From positions 96,001-160,000 of the IMG/VR virus record IMGVR_UViG_3300044614_002195: DNA of 64,000 nucleotides; one strand, given 5' to 3'. This document shows positions 9,264 through 18,329 of this stretch, one piece after another. Origin of the DNA: a virus. The notes beneath the pieces are model-generated. The model searched no databases. It had not been told where the DNA came from and saw only the letters and a list, made by a program, of their open reading frames with translations. Position 1 is the stretch's first letter, and each line of letters begins with the position of its first letter. A program made the translations under genes and the position numbers.

Positions 9264-9865
9264 GTGCTAACAGCAGTTTTCTAAAAGAATTAGAAAAAAA
9301 CCACAGAGAAGCCATCAAGTCAATCAAACGTATGATTGACGTTGAGGCTAGAAAATATCCTGAGTACAAGGCAGCAGCAACACTGTGTAAGTTTCTCTTC
9401 GATAGCGAAGATAGGTACTCAATGATAGTAGAACGTGAAAGGTTTAAAGGTTTTCACGACAATGCTCAAGCCTTTAATATTTTATGTAATAATATATATC
9501 ACTCACTGACCGACGATGGAGATATTGCTTTTGTGCAGATAAACAACCATTGTCCAGCTATCGTGTTTCAGTCTCGCTGGGAGATTAATGTCGACGATCT
9601 CATGTCTAAAAGTGAAAAAGAATTATATGAAAGATTAAATGCTTTTAAACAAGAAAGAGGCATGCTTCCTCTTCACGAGAATAAGATGGTAATTTTTAAT
9701 AACGCTTATGAGTATATCGAAGCAGTTAAACAATACCGTATAGATTCAGAAATTCAGATCAACAGACTTGAAGAATGGAAAAGACTGACTCTTAGACTGG
9801 CAGGCAGACCGCAAGCTAATCTAGATGAAGTTGACTTTGGAGCACCACATTTAAAAGAAGAATAA
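9260..9865 (+). CDS. Hypothetical protein
   Basis: Likely start at ATGA overlap 9260 (MSANSSF). Confidence 0.65.
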   Translation: MSANSSFLKELEKNHREAIKSIKRMIDVEARKYPEYKAAATLCKFLFDSEDRYSMIVERERFKGFHDNAQAFNILCNNIYHSLTDDGDIAFVQINNHCPAIVFQSRWEINVDDLMSKSEKELYERLNAFKQERGMLPLHENKMVIFNNAYEYIEAVKQYRIDSEIQINRLEEWKRLTLRLAGRPQANLDEVDFGAPHLKEE

Positions 9866-10013
9866 TATGAGCATGCCAATCCCGCAGCAGATTAAAAAAG
9901 AGATTTGCGAGAACCCTGAAAACTATTTATTTGGATTCTTTCTTCTAGGTTTTAATATTGGTGGGCTATTGTTTTGGTATATAGCTTGACTACGTCACAT
10001 TTAAAAGAAGAAT
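9846..10013 (+). repeat. 18-nt direct repeat pair CACATTTAAAAGAAGAAT
   Basis: Copies at 9846-9863 and 9996-10013. Confidence 0.85.
9867..9989 (+). CDS. 40-aa membrane micro-protein
   Basis: MSMPIPQQIKKEICENPENYLFGFFLLGFNIGGLLFWYIA between the direct repeats. Confidence 0.55.
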   Translation: MSMPIPQQIKKEICENPENYLFGFFLLGFNIGGLLFWYIA

Positions 10014-10293
10014 GAAAATCGATAAATCTATATTAAAAAGCATCTATCCAAATCACGGCAGACTATCAGTTAAACTAATCGAAAACCTAGGTATTGAAAT
10101 TATATCCTTCAATGAGTATCGCATCACCAACGCTGATGCTTTTATCAAAAACTTTTGGAGTAAACTTAGTGAAGAGCAAAAAGTCAGTTTGTTTTTGACT
10201 CAGCTGGTCGAATATGACGAGAGCATCGATGAACTTAAGAACAGCCTAAGAACAATAGAAGACAGATTAGATAATCTAAAAATTACGTATTAA
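10012..10293 (+). CDS. Hypothetical protein
   Basis: 93 aa, coiled-coil C-terminus. Confidence 0.6.
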   Translation: MKIDKSILKSIYPNHGRLSVKLIENLGIEIISFNEYRITNADAFIKNFWSKLSEEQKVSLFLTQLVEYDESIDELKNSLRTIEDRLDNLKITY

Positions 10294-10294
10294 T

Positions 10295-10525
10295 ATGACA
10301 ACTATCCAAGAACTTAAAGATTTTTTCTTCAACGAATTAAATGTTCCAGAACATGAAAAGAAAAATAAGTGTAGAGTACTCGAAAGGTTAGCAAAAGAAA
10401 TTTTATTGAGAAACGAGACAATCATCCTTAATGGTAAAGTAACATGGTTTGCTATTCGTAAGATTGGATTGGGTGTTTGTGAGGTTTCTTTAAACGATAA
10501 AAAAGTTACTTGCATGGTTGAATAA
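10295..10525 (+). CDS. Hypothetical protein
   Basis: 76 aa, TAAT-ATG junction. Confidence 0.6.
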   Translation: MTTIQELKDFFFNELNVPEHEKKNKCRVLERLAKEILLRNETIILNGKVTWFAIRKIGLGVCEVSLNDKKVTCMVE

Positions 10526-10526
10526 T

Positions 10527-10757
10527 ATGAAAGAGAAATGTTTTGCTTATCAGAATAAAAAAACTCTAGAGTGGTTAAAAATATATACTTATTGGAATGG
10601 TGTTTTTGAATTTTGTGATTCATTTGATAAATCTGTACTGTATTCTGCTAGGAACATTATTGAAGAAGATTTCTATAGAATTAAATTAGAAGACAGAGAA
10701 GATTGGCAGTTAATGAAAGTGGAGATTGAGTATAAATTTAACAAAGCGGAAATTTAG
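10527..10757 (+). CDS. Hypothetical protein
   Basis: Start at 10527 (MKEKC), TAAT-ATG junction. Confidence 0.6.
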   Translation: MKEKCFAYQNKKTLEWLKIYTYWNGVFEFCDSFDKSVLYSARNIIEEDFYRIKLEDREDWQLMKVEIEYKFNKAEI

Positions 10758-10763
10758 ATTAGT

Positions 10764-11021
10764 ATGAATTACAAATTTGAATCAAAAAAAGACCAGGTGT
10801 ACTTTACAAACTACACATCTCTGAAAAAAGCTATAGAGGATGCAGCAGGTGATGGAGATAGACTGATTGCAGACTATGAGGGATTACTGGACATACTGGC
10901 CAGAAACGAGATCATGTTGAACCCTCAGTATACTGGAAAAAGAGGAGCAGTAGATATAGCAGATATCTATCTACGGCATGTAGAAAATATACTGGAAAAA
11001 GATAAGCAGTATACGCAATGA
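10764..11021 (+). CDS. Hypothetical protein
   Basis: 85 aa. Confidence 0.6.
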   Translation: MNYKFESKKDQVYFTNYTSLKKAIEDAAGDGDRLIADYEGLLDILARNEIMLNPQYTGKRGAVDIADIYLRHVENILEKDKQYTQ

Positions 11022-11054
11022 TGTCTATCTACGGTACCTAAAAAATAAATTAAT

Positions 11055-11273
11055 ATGAATACACCTACACTAGAAGAGAAGGTGACTCAATATGAGCAGT
11101 TTTTACACAACATCAATATGATGCTAGTCTCTGGAAACAATGAAGGAGTAAAGAGGCTGGTAAACAACGCAGACAGTTGGAGCTACGCTCATCGTGTTGG
11201 TAACGGTGAGCTTACTGAAGAACAACAACAAGAAATTATTAATCGTAACTTCTGGAACCTAAATAACCTATGA
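11055..11273 (+). CDS. Hypothetical protein
   Basis: 72 aa. Confidence 0.6.
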   Translation: MNTPTLEEKVTQYEQFLHNINMMLVSGNNEGVKRLVNNADSWSYAHRVGNGELTEEQQQEIINRNFWNLNNL

Positions 11274-11782
11274 TAAACGAAGACGAATTAGAAGTTTTAA
11301 GACTCCTTAACGAGCGATATGCAGCCCAGAGTGAAGTGAAGCGGTTAAAAGCAAGAATAGAGATACAAGAAGGCATCTCTAGAGATCTACTCTTGCAGCG
11401 TGGAGAATTGCTAACTGAGTTGAATGTATTGAAGGCAGAACGTGATCTTTCGCAACAAATAAATTGTGACAGCGATCACAAAGAAGCATTGCTGGAGGCT
11501 GAGGATAAGATTGAAGAATTAAAAGATCAGCGAGATCGTTGGTTTAATATGGCGCAGAATGAAAGTGAGAATCGCATGAGGGCTCTCGCTGAATTAAAGC
11601 AGCTAAAGGATCATATTCCTGACGTCACGAAAATGATCAAACCATTGCCGTCTAGACTAGAGATTGCAGCCATGTTTAAAGCAGCATGGTTCGCAAACTC
11701 AGACTATAATTCCTCAGATGCTTGCGACGATGGTTGGTGGATCGAGCAGGCAGATAAACTCATAGAAGCAAATAAAAAATAA
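11270..11782 (+). CDS. Coiled-coil hypothetical protein
   Basis: 170 aa, heptad-rich. Confidence 0.65.
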   Translation: MINEDELEVLRLLNERYAAQSEVKRLKARIEIQEGISRDLLLQRGELLTELNVLKAERDLSQQINCDSDHKEALLEAEDKIEELKDQRDRWFNMAQNESENRMRALAELKQLKDHIPDVTKMIKPLPSRLEIAAMFKAAWFANSDYNSSDACDDGWWIEQADKLIEANKK

Positions 11783-11783
11783 T

Positions 11784-11930
11784 ATGAGATTCTTAAACAT
11801 TGGCGAAACAATAAAAAAGACAGACGAAGTAAACATTCAGTTATCTTATCTTCCACCAATTTGGGAAAAGGTTACTTGTTTTGTTGGATGGAAAGTGACC
11901 GAAAACACATATGGAAAATACAGGAGATAA
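11784..11930 (+). CDS. 48-aa hypothetical protein
   Basis: MRFLNIGETIKKTDEV...YGKYRR, translated by hand; TAAT-ATG junctions on both sides. Confidence 0.6.
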   Translation: MRFLNIGETIKKTDEVNIQLSYLPPIWEKVTCFVGWKVTENTYGKYRR

Positions 11931-11931
11931 T

Positions 11932-12132
11932 ATGGGACACTCAAACTACAAACTATCAGACGAACAAAAGAAAGAATTAGATATTCTTGCAGAAGAAATA
12001 ATCAAAGAAATTGAATATAAACTGAGTGGAAATTATGTTGGTATTCTAGACCCTTATGATGGACGTAAATTAGACAACAATAAACTTACTGCCATGATAT
12101 GGTATGTTGGAGATCAAATAGCTTCTTGTTAA
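11932..12132 (+). CDS. Hypothetical protein
   Basis: Likely start at 11932 (MGHSNY). Confidence 0.55.
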   Translation: MGHSNYKLSDEQKKELDILAEEIIKEIEYKLSGNYVGILDPYDGRKLDNNKLTAMIWYVGDQIASC

Positions 12133-12133
12133 T

Positions 12134-12499
12134 ATGAGAACAATTAAATTTAGAATGTGGAGTAAAGAAGCAAAAAAATTCTTTTACGATCCAGAAAATG
12201 TGTACGTCTGCCTCAAGTGGAGACAAACCGATAAGGATTTGTTTAACGATATGGTGTGGCAACAATTCACAGGGCTTGTTGATAAAAATGGTAAAGAGAT
12301 ATATGAAGGAGATCTGTTAGAATTTGCTTATACCGATAATAAAAAGTTTGTCGGTAAAGTTGAGTACGAGGAAAAGTTCGCCTGTTTTGTTGTAGCAACA
12401 GGAAATGCTTTTGAGACTTTTTCTGATCTAGCTGACTATACTTCGTCTTTTAAAGTAGTAGGAAATATTTTTGAAAATGCGACGCAATCTTATGAGTGA
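12134..12499 (+). CDS. YopX family protein
   Basis: MRTIKFRMW...QFTGLVDKNGKEIYEGD...VVGNIFEN. Confidence 0.9.
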   Translation: MRTIKFRMWSKEAKKFFYDPENVYVCLKWRQTDKDLFNDMVWQQFTGLVDKNGKEIYEGDLLEFAYTDNKKFVGKVEYEEKFACFVVATGNAFETFSDLADYTSSFKVVGNIFENATQSYE

Positions 12500-12845
12500 A
12501 CTAACAGAAGGTATTGAGGTTTTATCTGAAAAGAGAAACATGACTATGGGGCAACTTACTAAAGACTATGCCGCCATCATCGACAAGCAGCGAGAAGAGA
12601 TTAGAGGACTTCATGCTGAATTAGAGTATTATAGAGGATTTGCAGAACAACTGGGAGCTAAAAAAGCTGTCTCTGAAAAAGAACAATGGGAGGCTTGTGC
12701 TGATGGTTTAATTGACTATGCTCATGAGTTTGTACATCAATTATCCTTATGGGGTAAAGGATACGATAGAAATGATAGGCAGATCAAGCACGCAGAAGAT
12801 GCTATTGAAGAATACCTGAAACTTAAAAATAAAAACACACAGTAA
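12492..12845 (+). CDS. Hypothetical protein
   Basis: Likely start at 12492 (MSELTEG). Confidence 0.6.
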   Translation: MSELTEGIEVLSEKRNMTMGQLTKDYAAIIDKQREEIRGLHAELEYYRGFAEQLGAKKAVSEKEQWEACADGLIDYAHEFVHQLSLWGKGYDRNDRQIKHAEDAIEEYLKLKNKNTQ

Positions 12846-12847
12846 CT

Positions 12848-13054
12848 ATGGCTAATACAACAGTAAAAGACTTCGTAAATCAAATTGAAAGCCTCCTAAG
12901 TAATATTCTAGAAGCACATGACTATGCTATAGAGAAAATGCAGGATGAATTAGATGAAAAGACAGACCTGCTAGAGAGAATGCAGGAAGAGCTAGATCAA
13001 AAGACAGACTTACTAGATAAGTATGTCTCTGAAAACGAGAGTGACGATGTATGA
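12848..13054 (+). CDS. Coiled-coil hypothetical protein with internal repeat
   Basis: EKMQDELDEKTDLL / ERMQEELDQKTDLL tandem 14-aa repeat. Confidence 0.65.
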   Translation: MANTTVKDFVNQIESLLSNILEAHDYAIEKMQDELDEKTDLLERMQEELDQKTDLLDKYVSENESDDV

Positions 13055-13662
13055 AAACACCAATACCTGAACCTGGAAGTAAAGTAAGGTTTAAGAGTGT
13101 AGAACTCTTTTGGTATTTGGAAGCCAGCAAAGCAGCAGGCAAACTGTTGAAGTCTGGTGAGGAATATACCGTAGCCTACACAATCACTAATTCTAGTTGG
13201 ACAGCAGTAGTTTTAAAAGAATTTCCAGCACATAGGTTTAGTTTAAGTTGGTTTGAAATACCCGAGACTATGGAAAAGAACGACAAATTCAAAGTAAAAG
13301 TCATTAGAGAGCAAGTTATCAAGAATCAGGCTGCTAGCGACAAACTATATAATGAACTCGCAGAGAGCCTAGGCGTAGACGAAGACGACCAGGAAGCGCA
13401 CGACTATCTTCACGACGCTATATTCAACAGCAGCAATGAAGAAGACTTCAACTACGCTATCAACTGGTTCGATATTAAGATCAAGGAAGCCAGACAGCGT
13501 AAATTAGAAAAACAATTGAAAGAAAGCTCTCTGAGAGTTTGGCAAGCACTGTCACACATCAATAAGCCATACTCCAGGCTGGAAATACTTGATATGTGGC
13601 TTTCTGGTAAGTTCAATGCAGAGCTGTTACTGCACCACGCACTCTTAGAACTAGCAAAATAA
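13051..13662 (+). CDS. Hypothetical multidomain protein
   Basis: 203 aa; C-terminal LSGKFNAELL motif shared with 18110..18328. Confidence 0.65.
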   Translation: MKTPIPEPGSKVRFKSVELFWYLEASKAAGKLLKSGEEYTVAYTITNSSWTAVVLKEFPAHRFSLSWFEIPETMEKNDKFKVKVIREQVIKNQAASDKLYNELAESLGVDEDDQEAHDYLHDAIFNSSNEEDFNYAINWFDIKIKEARQRKLEKQLKESSLRVWQALSHINKPYSRLEILDMWLSGKFNAELLLHHALLELAK

Positions 13663-13685
13663 ATCATTATTTAAAGTTAATAATT

Positions 13686-13877
13686 ATGACAATACAACAA
13701 ATTACAGATAACGTACAACGCAGAATTAACTCTCTAAACAAGCTGTTTAGTGCTCAGGAGATTACAGTATCAGAATACGTCGAGATTACGCACGGCGTTC
13801 TTGATTATTGGACGAGCATTGTACGCGAAAGGAATCACGAGCTAACAAAATATTATGCAGCACAAGATAGCCTATAA
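13686..13877 (+). CDS. Hypothetical protein
   Basis: 63 aa. Confidence 0.55.
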   Translation: MTIQQITDNVQRRINSLNKLFSAQEITVSEYVEITHGVLDYWTSIVRERNHELTKYYAAQDSL

Positions 13878-14064
13878 GCACTACTCTTATGAGTGTGGAG
13901 ATGGTTGTTGCGTTGAGAATGGCTATGATTGGTATGTAGACGGAGAGTTTATTCTTCGTTCTGCATGCGAAGATAGCGGCTGGATGGCAGTAATACGGAA
14001 ATTGGGAATTGACGCCAAGCTGGTAGGATTAGATGAAAACGATGAAGAAATCTGGGAATTATGA
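13855..14064 (+). CDS. Hypothetical protein
   Basis: 69 aa, YECGDGCC motif. Confidence 0.6.
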   Translation: MQHKIAYKHYSYECGDGCCVENGYDWYVDGEFILRSACEDSGWMAVIRKLGIDAKLVGLDENDEEIWEL

Positions 14065-14261
14065 GTGACATCAACTGGAGACTTATTAGTGAAGACCAAA
14101 GCCTGTTTGAAAAGAAAAACAGGAATCGAGAAATCTTGATTGAGACATCTGATAATCATAGTATGCATTTTAGTAAGGCTAGCTACGTTCAATCCTATCC
14201 ATATCCATACATGGATCGCAGCATTCAACAGCCTGTAGCTCGATACGCTTTTATTGATTAA
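14061..14261 (+). CDS. Hypothetical protein
   Basis: 66 aa. Confidence 0.55.
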   Translation: MSDINWRLISEDQSLFEKKNRNREILIETSDNHSMHFSKASYVQSYPYPYMDRSIQQPVARYAFID

Positions 14262-14262
14262 T

Positions 14263-14526
14263 ATGATTAAAGATGGCTGGATAAAGATTCGTTACGAGCA
14301 CAGACTCGCAGAAGATCTAGGTACTTTAAGAAAAGGGATAACACTACACAGTCTATCAACTCATGATAAACTGCCACACTACTCAGCTTGGAATGGGGTT
14401 AGTTTCATCACCATCCCTTCAGAGAAAGTTAGAGTGTATCAAGTAACAACCAAACACACAGTAGAAGAAACACTTGTAAACCATGACATACGAAAATCTA
14501 ATAAAAAAATATCCGTTACTGTTTGA
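14263..14526 (+). CDS. Hypothetical protein
   Basis: Likely start at 14263. Confidence 0.5.
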   Translation: MIKDGWIKIRYEHRLAEDLGTLRKGITLHSLSTHDKLPHYSAWNGVSFITIPSEKVRVYQVTTKHTVEETLVNHDIRKSNKKISVTV

Positions 14527-15058
14527 AAACTCCCAAGATTCAAATACACCCTTTGCTCACTTTGGGTTTGAGTGCAATGACGGCTGGTACAACATCATTG
14601 ATGGTTTGTGTAAATCTCTGTATAGAAACTACAGAATCACAAATCAAAGGCTAGAATTTGTAGAGTCAAGTCTGAAGGATCTGGATAGATACATTCAGTA
14701 CAGAAAAGATCTCACAAAAGAGCAGGCGCTTCAGAATCTTGAAAAAGAAAAAAGCGAGCTATTAGTTGAGCTGGAAGAAGCTAAGCGAGGCGTACCTATA
14801 GTCTCACAGATCAAAGAAAAGTTCGGCACTCTAAGATTCTATGTAGATTTTAGAGAAGGCGTTTCAGCCTGCAGCACAAGCAGAGTATATGCTCTTGTAG
14901 ATTTTGCAGAGCACATGACCGAGCTGACCTGTGAAGTGTGCGGAAACAAAGGAGAAACATACGAAATGGGCTGGCATAAAACACTATGCCCAACACATGC
15001 AATGAACAAGTACGGAATAGAAAAAGTAGCAGAATATCACAAAGCAAAAAACGAATAA
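14483..15058 (+). CDS. Conserved phage protein with Zn-ribbon
   Basis: FECNDGW, QIKEKFGTLRFY, CEVCG...TLC..H motifs of a widespread phage family. Confidence 0.7.
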   Translation: MTYENLIKKYPLLFENSQDSNTPFAHFGFECNDGWYNIIDGLCKSLYRNYRITNQRLEFVESSLKDLDRYIQYRKDLTKEQALQNLEKEKSELLVELEEAKRGVPIVSQIKEKFGTLRFYVDFREGVSACSTSRVYALVDFAEHMTELTCEVCGNKGETYEMGWHKTLCPTHAMNKYGIEKVAEYHKAKNE

Positions 15059-15063
15059 CTATT

Positions 15064-15420
15064 ATGAAATATCACATCAGAAAAACAGAATCAGCCAGGG
15101 TCGCATATGCAAACAAGCCAATTGAATTAGATCCTGAAGAGTTCAAGAATCTAGAAAACAATCCCTATACAGGAAGCGAGCCTCACGAGTTCCTAGAGTA
15201 TATCTATAGCCTTCGCTGGGATGTAGAGGCAGGTGATTTTCCAGAAGACCTGGATTTTGAGACACAGCAAAAGCTTGAAGAGCTATTTCAAGGCGAAATG
15301 AAAGAGATCTACAACTCTGCATCAGATGTAGATGAAAGTTTCCTAGAATTAGGTGAGCCTGACGAGAAATACAGAAAGACCGGGGGGTTTGACGTTCACG
15401 TTCGCACCGAGAAAAACTAA
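15064..15420 (+). CDS. Acidic hypothetical protein
   Basis: Likely start at 15064 (MKYHIR). Confidence 0.6.
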   Translation: MKYHIRKTESARVAYANKPIELDPEEFKNLENNPYTGSEPHEFLEYIYSLRWDVEAGDFPEDLDFETQQKLEELFQGEMKEIYNSASDVDESFLELGEPDEKYRKTGGFDVHVRTEKN

Positions 15421-15421
15421 T

Positions 15422-15622
15422 ATGATATCCACAGGCTTTCCAGGAGATAGTGATCCTAGAGACGAAGAACCAGAAGCTGACATTTGTGAGTTCTGCAATG
15501 AATTCATGGAGTGGGAGGATGATGCTGAGTATGATCCTGAGGCAGGGAGAGTAGTGTATGCAGGAGGAAGCTTCTGCTGCAACAACAAGCAATGCTCAGG
15601 CAAAAACAATAAACTAAATTAA
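15422..15622 (+). CDS. Small Cys-containing protein
   Basis: CEFC...CC...C; start at 15422. Confidence 0.55.
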   Translation: MISTGFPGDSDPRDEEPEADICEFCNEFMEWEDDAEYDPEAGRVVYAGGSFCCNNKQCSGKNNKLN

Positions 15623-15623
15623 A

Positions 15624-15815
15624 ATGGCTATACTAAGTAAAAATGGTGTGCTTCCAGAAATGGAATTTAAGTGCACTGACTGTGGAGATATCACTACTGG
15701 TTTGGATATTGCTAACGGAACCTATCTGTACATTATCCAAAGAAACAAAGAAAACCCTGAAAAATCGCTCTGGCGGTGTGAGTGCTGCCAGGACGACCAA
15801 GACGACAGAGACTAA
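15624..15815 (+). CDS. Small Zn-finger protein
   Basis: CTDC...CECC. Confidence 0.6.
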   Translation: MAILSKNGVLPEMEFKCTDCGDITTGLDIANGTYLYIIQRNKENPEKSLWRCECCQDDQDDRD

Positions 15816-15819
15816 ACTT

Positions 15820-16293
15820 ATGCCAAATTGGTGCGAAAACTATGCGAAAGTAAGTCATCCAGACAAAGGAAAGATCAATAAACTTCTAGAAGCCTGCAGA
15901 GAAGAGAGAATGTTTGAGCACATTCTTCCTTTCTCTAAAGGTGAATGGAGCCACGACGAGGCAGTAGATTTGTGGGGCACAAAGTGGGAAACCGCCGACG
16001 CCAAAAATTCTATAAACATGGTAGACGATAATACTTTTACAGTAATGTTTTCTACCGCCTGGTCTCCTCCTCTAGGAGTGTACGCCGAAATGTCAGATCA
16101 AGGCTTCTATGTAGAGGCGCATTATCTGGAGCTAGGTAACCTTGTGGCAGGATCATACAAAAATGGCTTGAGTATAGACTATGAGCTGTTTGACTCTGAT
16201 CTTGCGGAAGTTAAAGAACAACTACCTGAAGAATATCTAAAAATATTCGGTGGAGCGATTGAAGACTTCATTGAATCACCATCAGAATTATAA
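15820..16293 (+). CDS. DUF1281/YubB-like ferredoxin-fold protein
   Basis: MPNWCEN start, WGTKW, FSTAWSPP motifs. Confidence 0.8.
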   Translation: MPNWCENYAKVSHPDKGKINKLLEACREERMFEHILPFSKGEWSHDEAVDLWGTKWETADAKNSINMVDDNTFTVMFSTAWSPPLGVYAEMSDQGFYVEAHYLELGNLVAGSYKNGLSIDYELFDSDLAEVKEQLPEEYLKIFGGAIEDFIESPSEL

Positions 16294-16295
16294 TT

Positions 16296-16481
16296 ATGTT
16301 GTGCGACGAAATTGAGCAAAAGCTGCGAAAGCAACTCGCAGATATAAAAGTGTGGGCTACTCATTTGATAGAGAATAGTCGACCACCAGCAAACCCTGCA
16401 GGAGAGTCTAGCTACTATTGCGCTAAGGCTTTTCTGACAGAAGAGTTGAAAAAAATTGTAACAGAAGAAACACATAAATGA
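16296..16481 (+). CDS. Hypothetical protein
   Basis: 61 aa. Confidence 0.55.
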   Translation: MLCDEIEQKLRKQLADIKVWATHLIENSRPPANPAGESSYYCAKAFLTEELKKIVTEETHK

Positions 16482-17368
16482 TTAAACGAGGCGTTTGCTG
16501 TATTGTGCTGGCTCTAGAGCCTTTGAAGTTCAGAACTATCACATACAAAAGCTTCAGCTCTCTACCAAGGGAGCTGGGGCTGGCAAAGCTAGGCGAAATC
16601 ATCGAGCACAACCTCGATGTTACCGCGCGAGCTATAGCTTATTGTGGAGAGCATAATCTAAACTACAGATTGAGCTCCAGCCTGTTTCCGCTTATTACAT
16701 ATGATAAGGCGGAGGTAAAGATGAGGGATTTGCCTAATTTTTTCCAGATATTGGCAAAAATTCAATACGTCAAAGATACTAGAGAAAAGTTCCCTGATGC
16801 GAGGCTGAGCATACATCCTGATCAGTTCAATGTTCTAGCCAGCGAAAATCAAGACGCTGTAATTAGAACAATCAGAGAGCTAGATTTCTATTCAGACTTT
16901 ATGAACGATATTGGCTGCTATGATATCATTATGAATCCTATCAATATTCATATGAATGCTAACGGAGACTGGGATAAGATTGCAGACAAGTTTGTAGAAA
17001 ACTATTCTAGATTGAAACTGCATACCAGAATGCGTCTTGTGTTGGAGAATGACGACAAGGTTTCAGGCTGGAGTGTTAAGAAACTAGATCAGTATATGAA
17101 GCCTAGAGGAGGTTTTCCTATCACCTTCGACTATCTGCATCATAAGTGCCACCCTGATGGGCTCTCTGAAGAAGAGGCATTTAACATTGCCTACGAATCG
17201 TGGGGACCAATAATTAGACCATTGTTTCACTATAGTGAATCAGCTCCAGATCAAAACAACCCTCGTAAACACGCAGACTATGCTACAAGGTTGCCAGATA
17301 CGTATGGTAAGTCTATAGACCTAGACTTCGAGTTTAAGCTGAAAGAAAAGTCATTTGAGAATCTATGA
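16478..17368 (+). CDS. uvsE: UV damage endonuclease
   Basis: YRLSSSLFP, SIHPDQF, INIH, LVLENDD, FDYLHH, LFHYSES, KHAD, EFKLKE. Confidence 0.93.
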   Translation: MIKRGVCCIVLALEPLKFRTITYKSFSSLPRELGLAKLGEIIEHNLDVTARAIAYCGEHNLNYRLSSSLFPLITYDKAEVKMRDLPNFFQILAKIQYVKDTREKFPDARLSIHPDQFNVLASENQDAVIRTIRELDFYSDFMNDIGCYDIIMNPINIHMNANGDWDKIADKFVENYSRLKLHTRMRLVLENDDKVSGWSVKKLDQYMKPRGGFPITFDYLHHKCHPDGLSEEEAFNIAYESWGPIIRPLFHYSESAPDQNNPRKHADYATRLPDTYGKSIDLDFEFKLKEKSFENL

Positions 17369-17547
17369 AAATATCAGAACTAATTGAAGAGTTAGAAGTT
17401 CTTAAAGTTGAACATGGAGACCTTATTGTAATTGCAGTAGATGAAGAAGGCAAATACGAAATCGGTAATACTCATGTAAGTGATTATGAGGTATACAACG
17501 GTAAAGGAGCATACGATACGCAACTAGCCATAAGACTTTGTCCATAA
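17365..17547 (+). CDS. Hypothetical protein
   Basis: MKISELIEEL...HGDL, a common phage small-protein start. Confidence 0.6.
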   Translation: MKISELIEELEVLKVEHGDLIVIAVDEEGKYEIGNTHVSDYEVYNGKGAYDTQLAIRLCP

Positions 17548-17558
17548 AGTTTATTAAT

Positions 17559-17873
17559 ATGAAAATTCTAGATACAGAAGAACAGTATAAGCCTAGAACA
17601 GATTTTGCCGCTATGGCGACATACGATATAACTCTAGGTGAGCGAGTATTGACCAAGCTAGAGCTATTCTCAAAAGAGAAAAACATTCAATTAGACAAAG
17701 AAGAGTGTAAAGCCTTACTAGAAGCTCTAAATGGTGGAGGTTGGCTGATACGTAAGTACCTAAACCGAGACGAATATCAACCGTACAGCGTAATGTCAGG
17801 GTCGCTAGATGGCAGCTCGTCCGAATGTGAGTTGTCTGTATTCGATAGCGACGCAATAGCAGAAATAAAATAA
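17559..17873 (+). CDS. Hypothetical protein
   Basis: Likely start at 17559. Confidence 0.55.
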   Translation: MKILDTEEQYKPRTDFAAMATYDITLGERVLTKLELFSKEKNIQLDKEECKALLEALNGGGWLIRKYLNRDEYQPYSVMSGSLDGSSSECELSVFDSDAIAEIK

Positions 17874-17877
17874 AACT

Positions 17878-18108
17878 ATGAAACTATACAGACTAGAAGT
17901 AAGTGCGACAGTGCTAGTATTAGCCAACTCTGCGTCAGATGCAGAGAAGCAGGCAATCAGTGGAGTATCAGATAAGAATGTAAATGCGCATGCATATGCG
18001 TACGAGATTAAAGCGTTAGAGGACTTGCCATACAACATGGACAGATATTCTACACCTTTAAACTCAGACAAGACGGTAAAGGATATATTGCAGCTAGCCA
18101 TGAAGTAA
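17878..18108 (+). CDS. Hypothetical protein
   Basis: 76 aa. Confidence 0.6.
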   Translation: MKLYRLEVSATVLVLANSASDAEKQAISGVSDKNVNAHAYAYEIKALEDLPYNMDRYSTPLNSDKTVKDILQLAMK

Positions 18109-18109
18109 T

Positions 18110-18328
18110 ATGCCTGCTGAAAAGTTGGAAAGCATTCCAGAAGAAGGCCTGGAGATACTAAAAAGTCTAACCACATTTTTAGACGACCAGGAGCAAGTCA
18201 AAGTAGAGTTGGCACACATAACCAAAGTGTACAGTGCTCCAGAGATACGAAACATGTATTTGAGTGGAAATTATAACGCAGAGCTGCTAGTGCAGCACTG
18301 TCTACTACATCTGGACGAAAGAAATTAA
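18110..18328 (+). CDS. Hypothetical protein
   Basis: 72 aa; LSGNYNAELL motif shared with 13051..13662. Confidence 0.65.
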   Translation: MPAEKLESIPEEGLEILKSLTTFLDDQEQVKVELAHITKVYSAPEIRNMYLSGNYNAELLVQHCLLHLDERN

Positions 18329-18329
18329 C

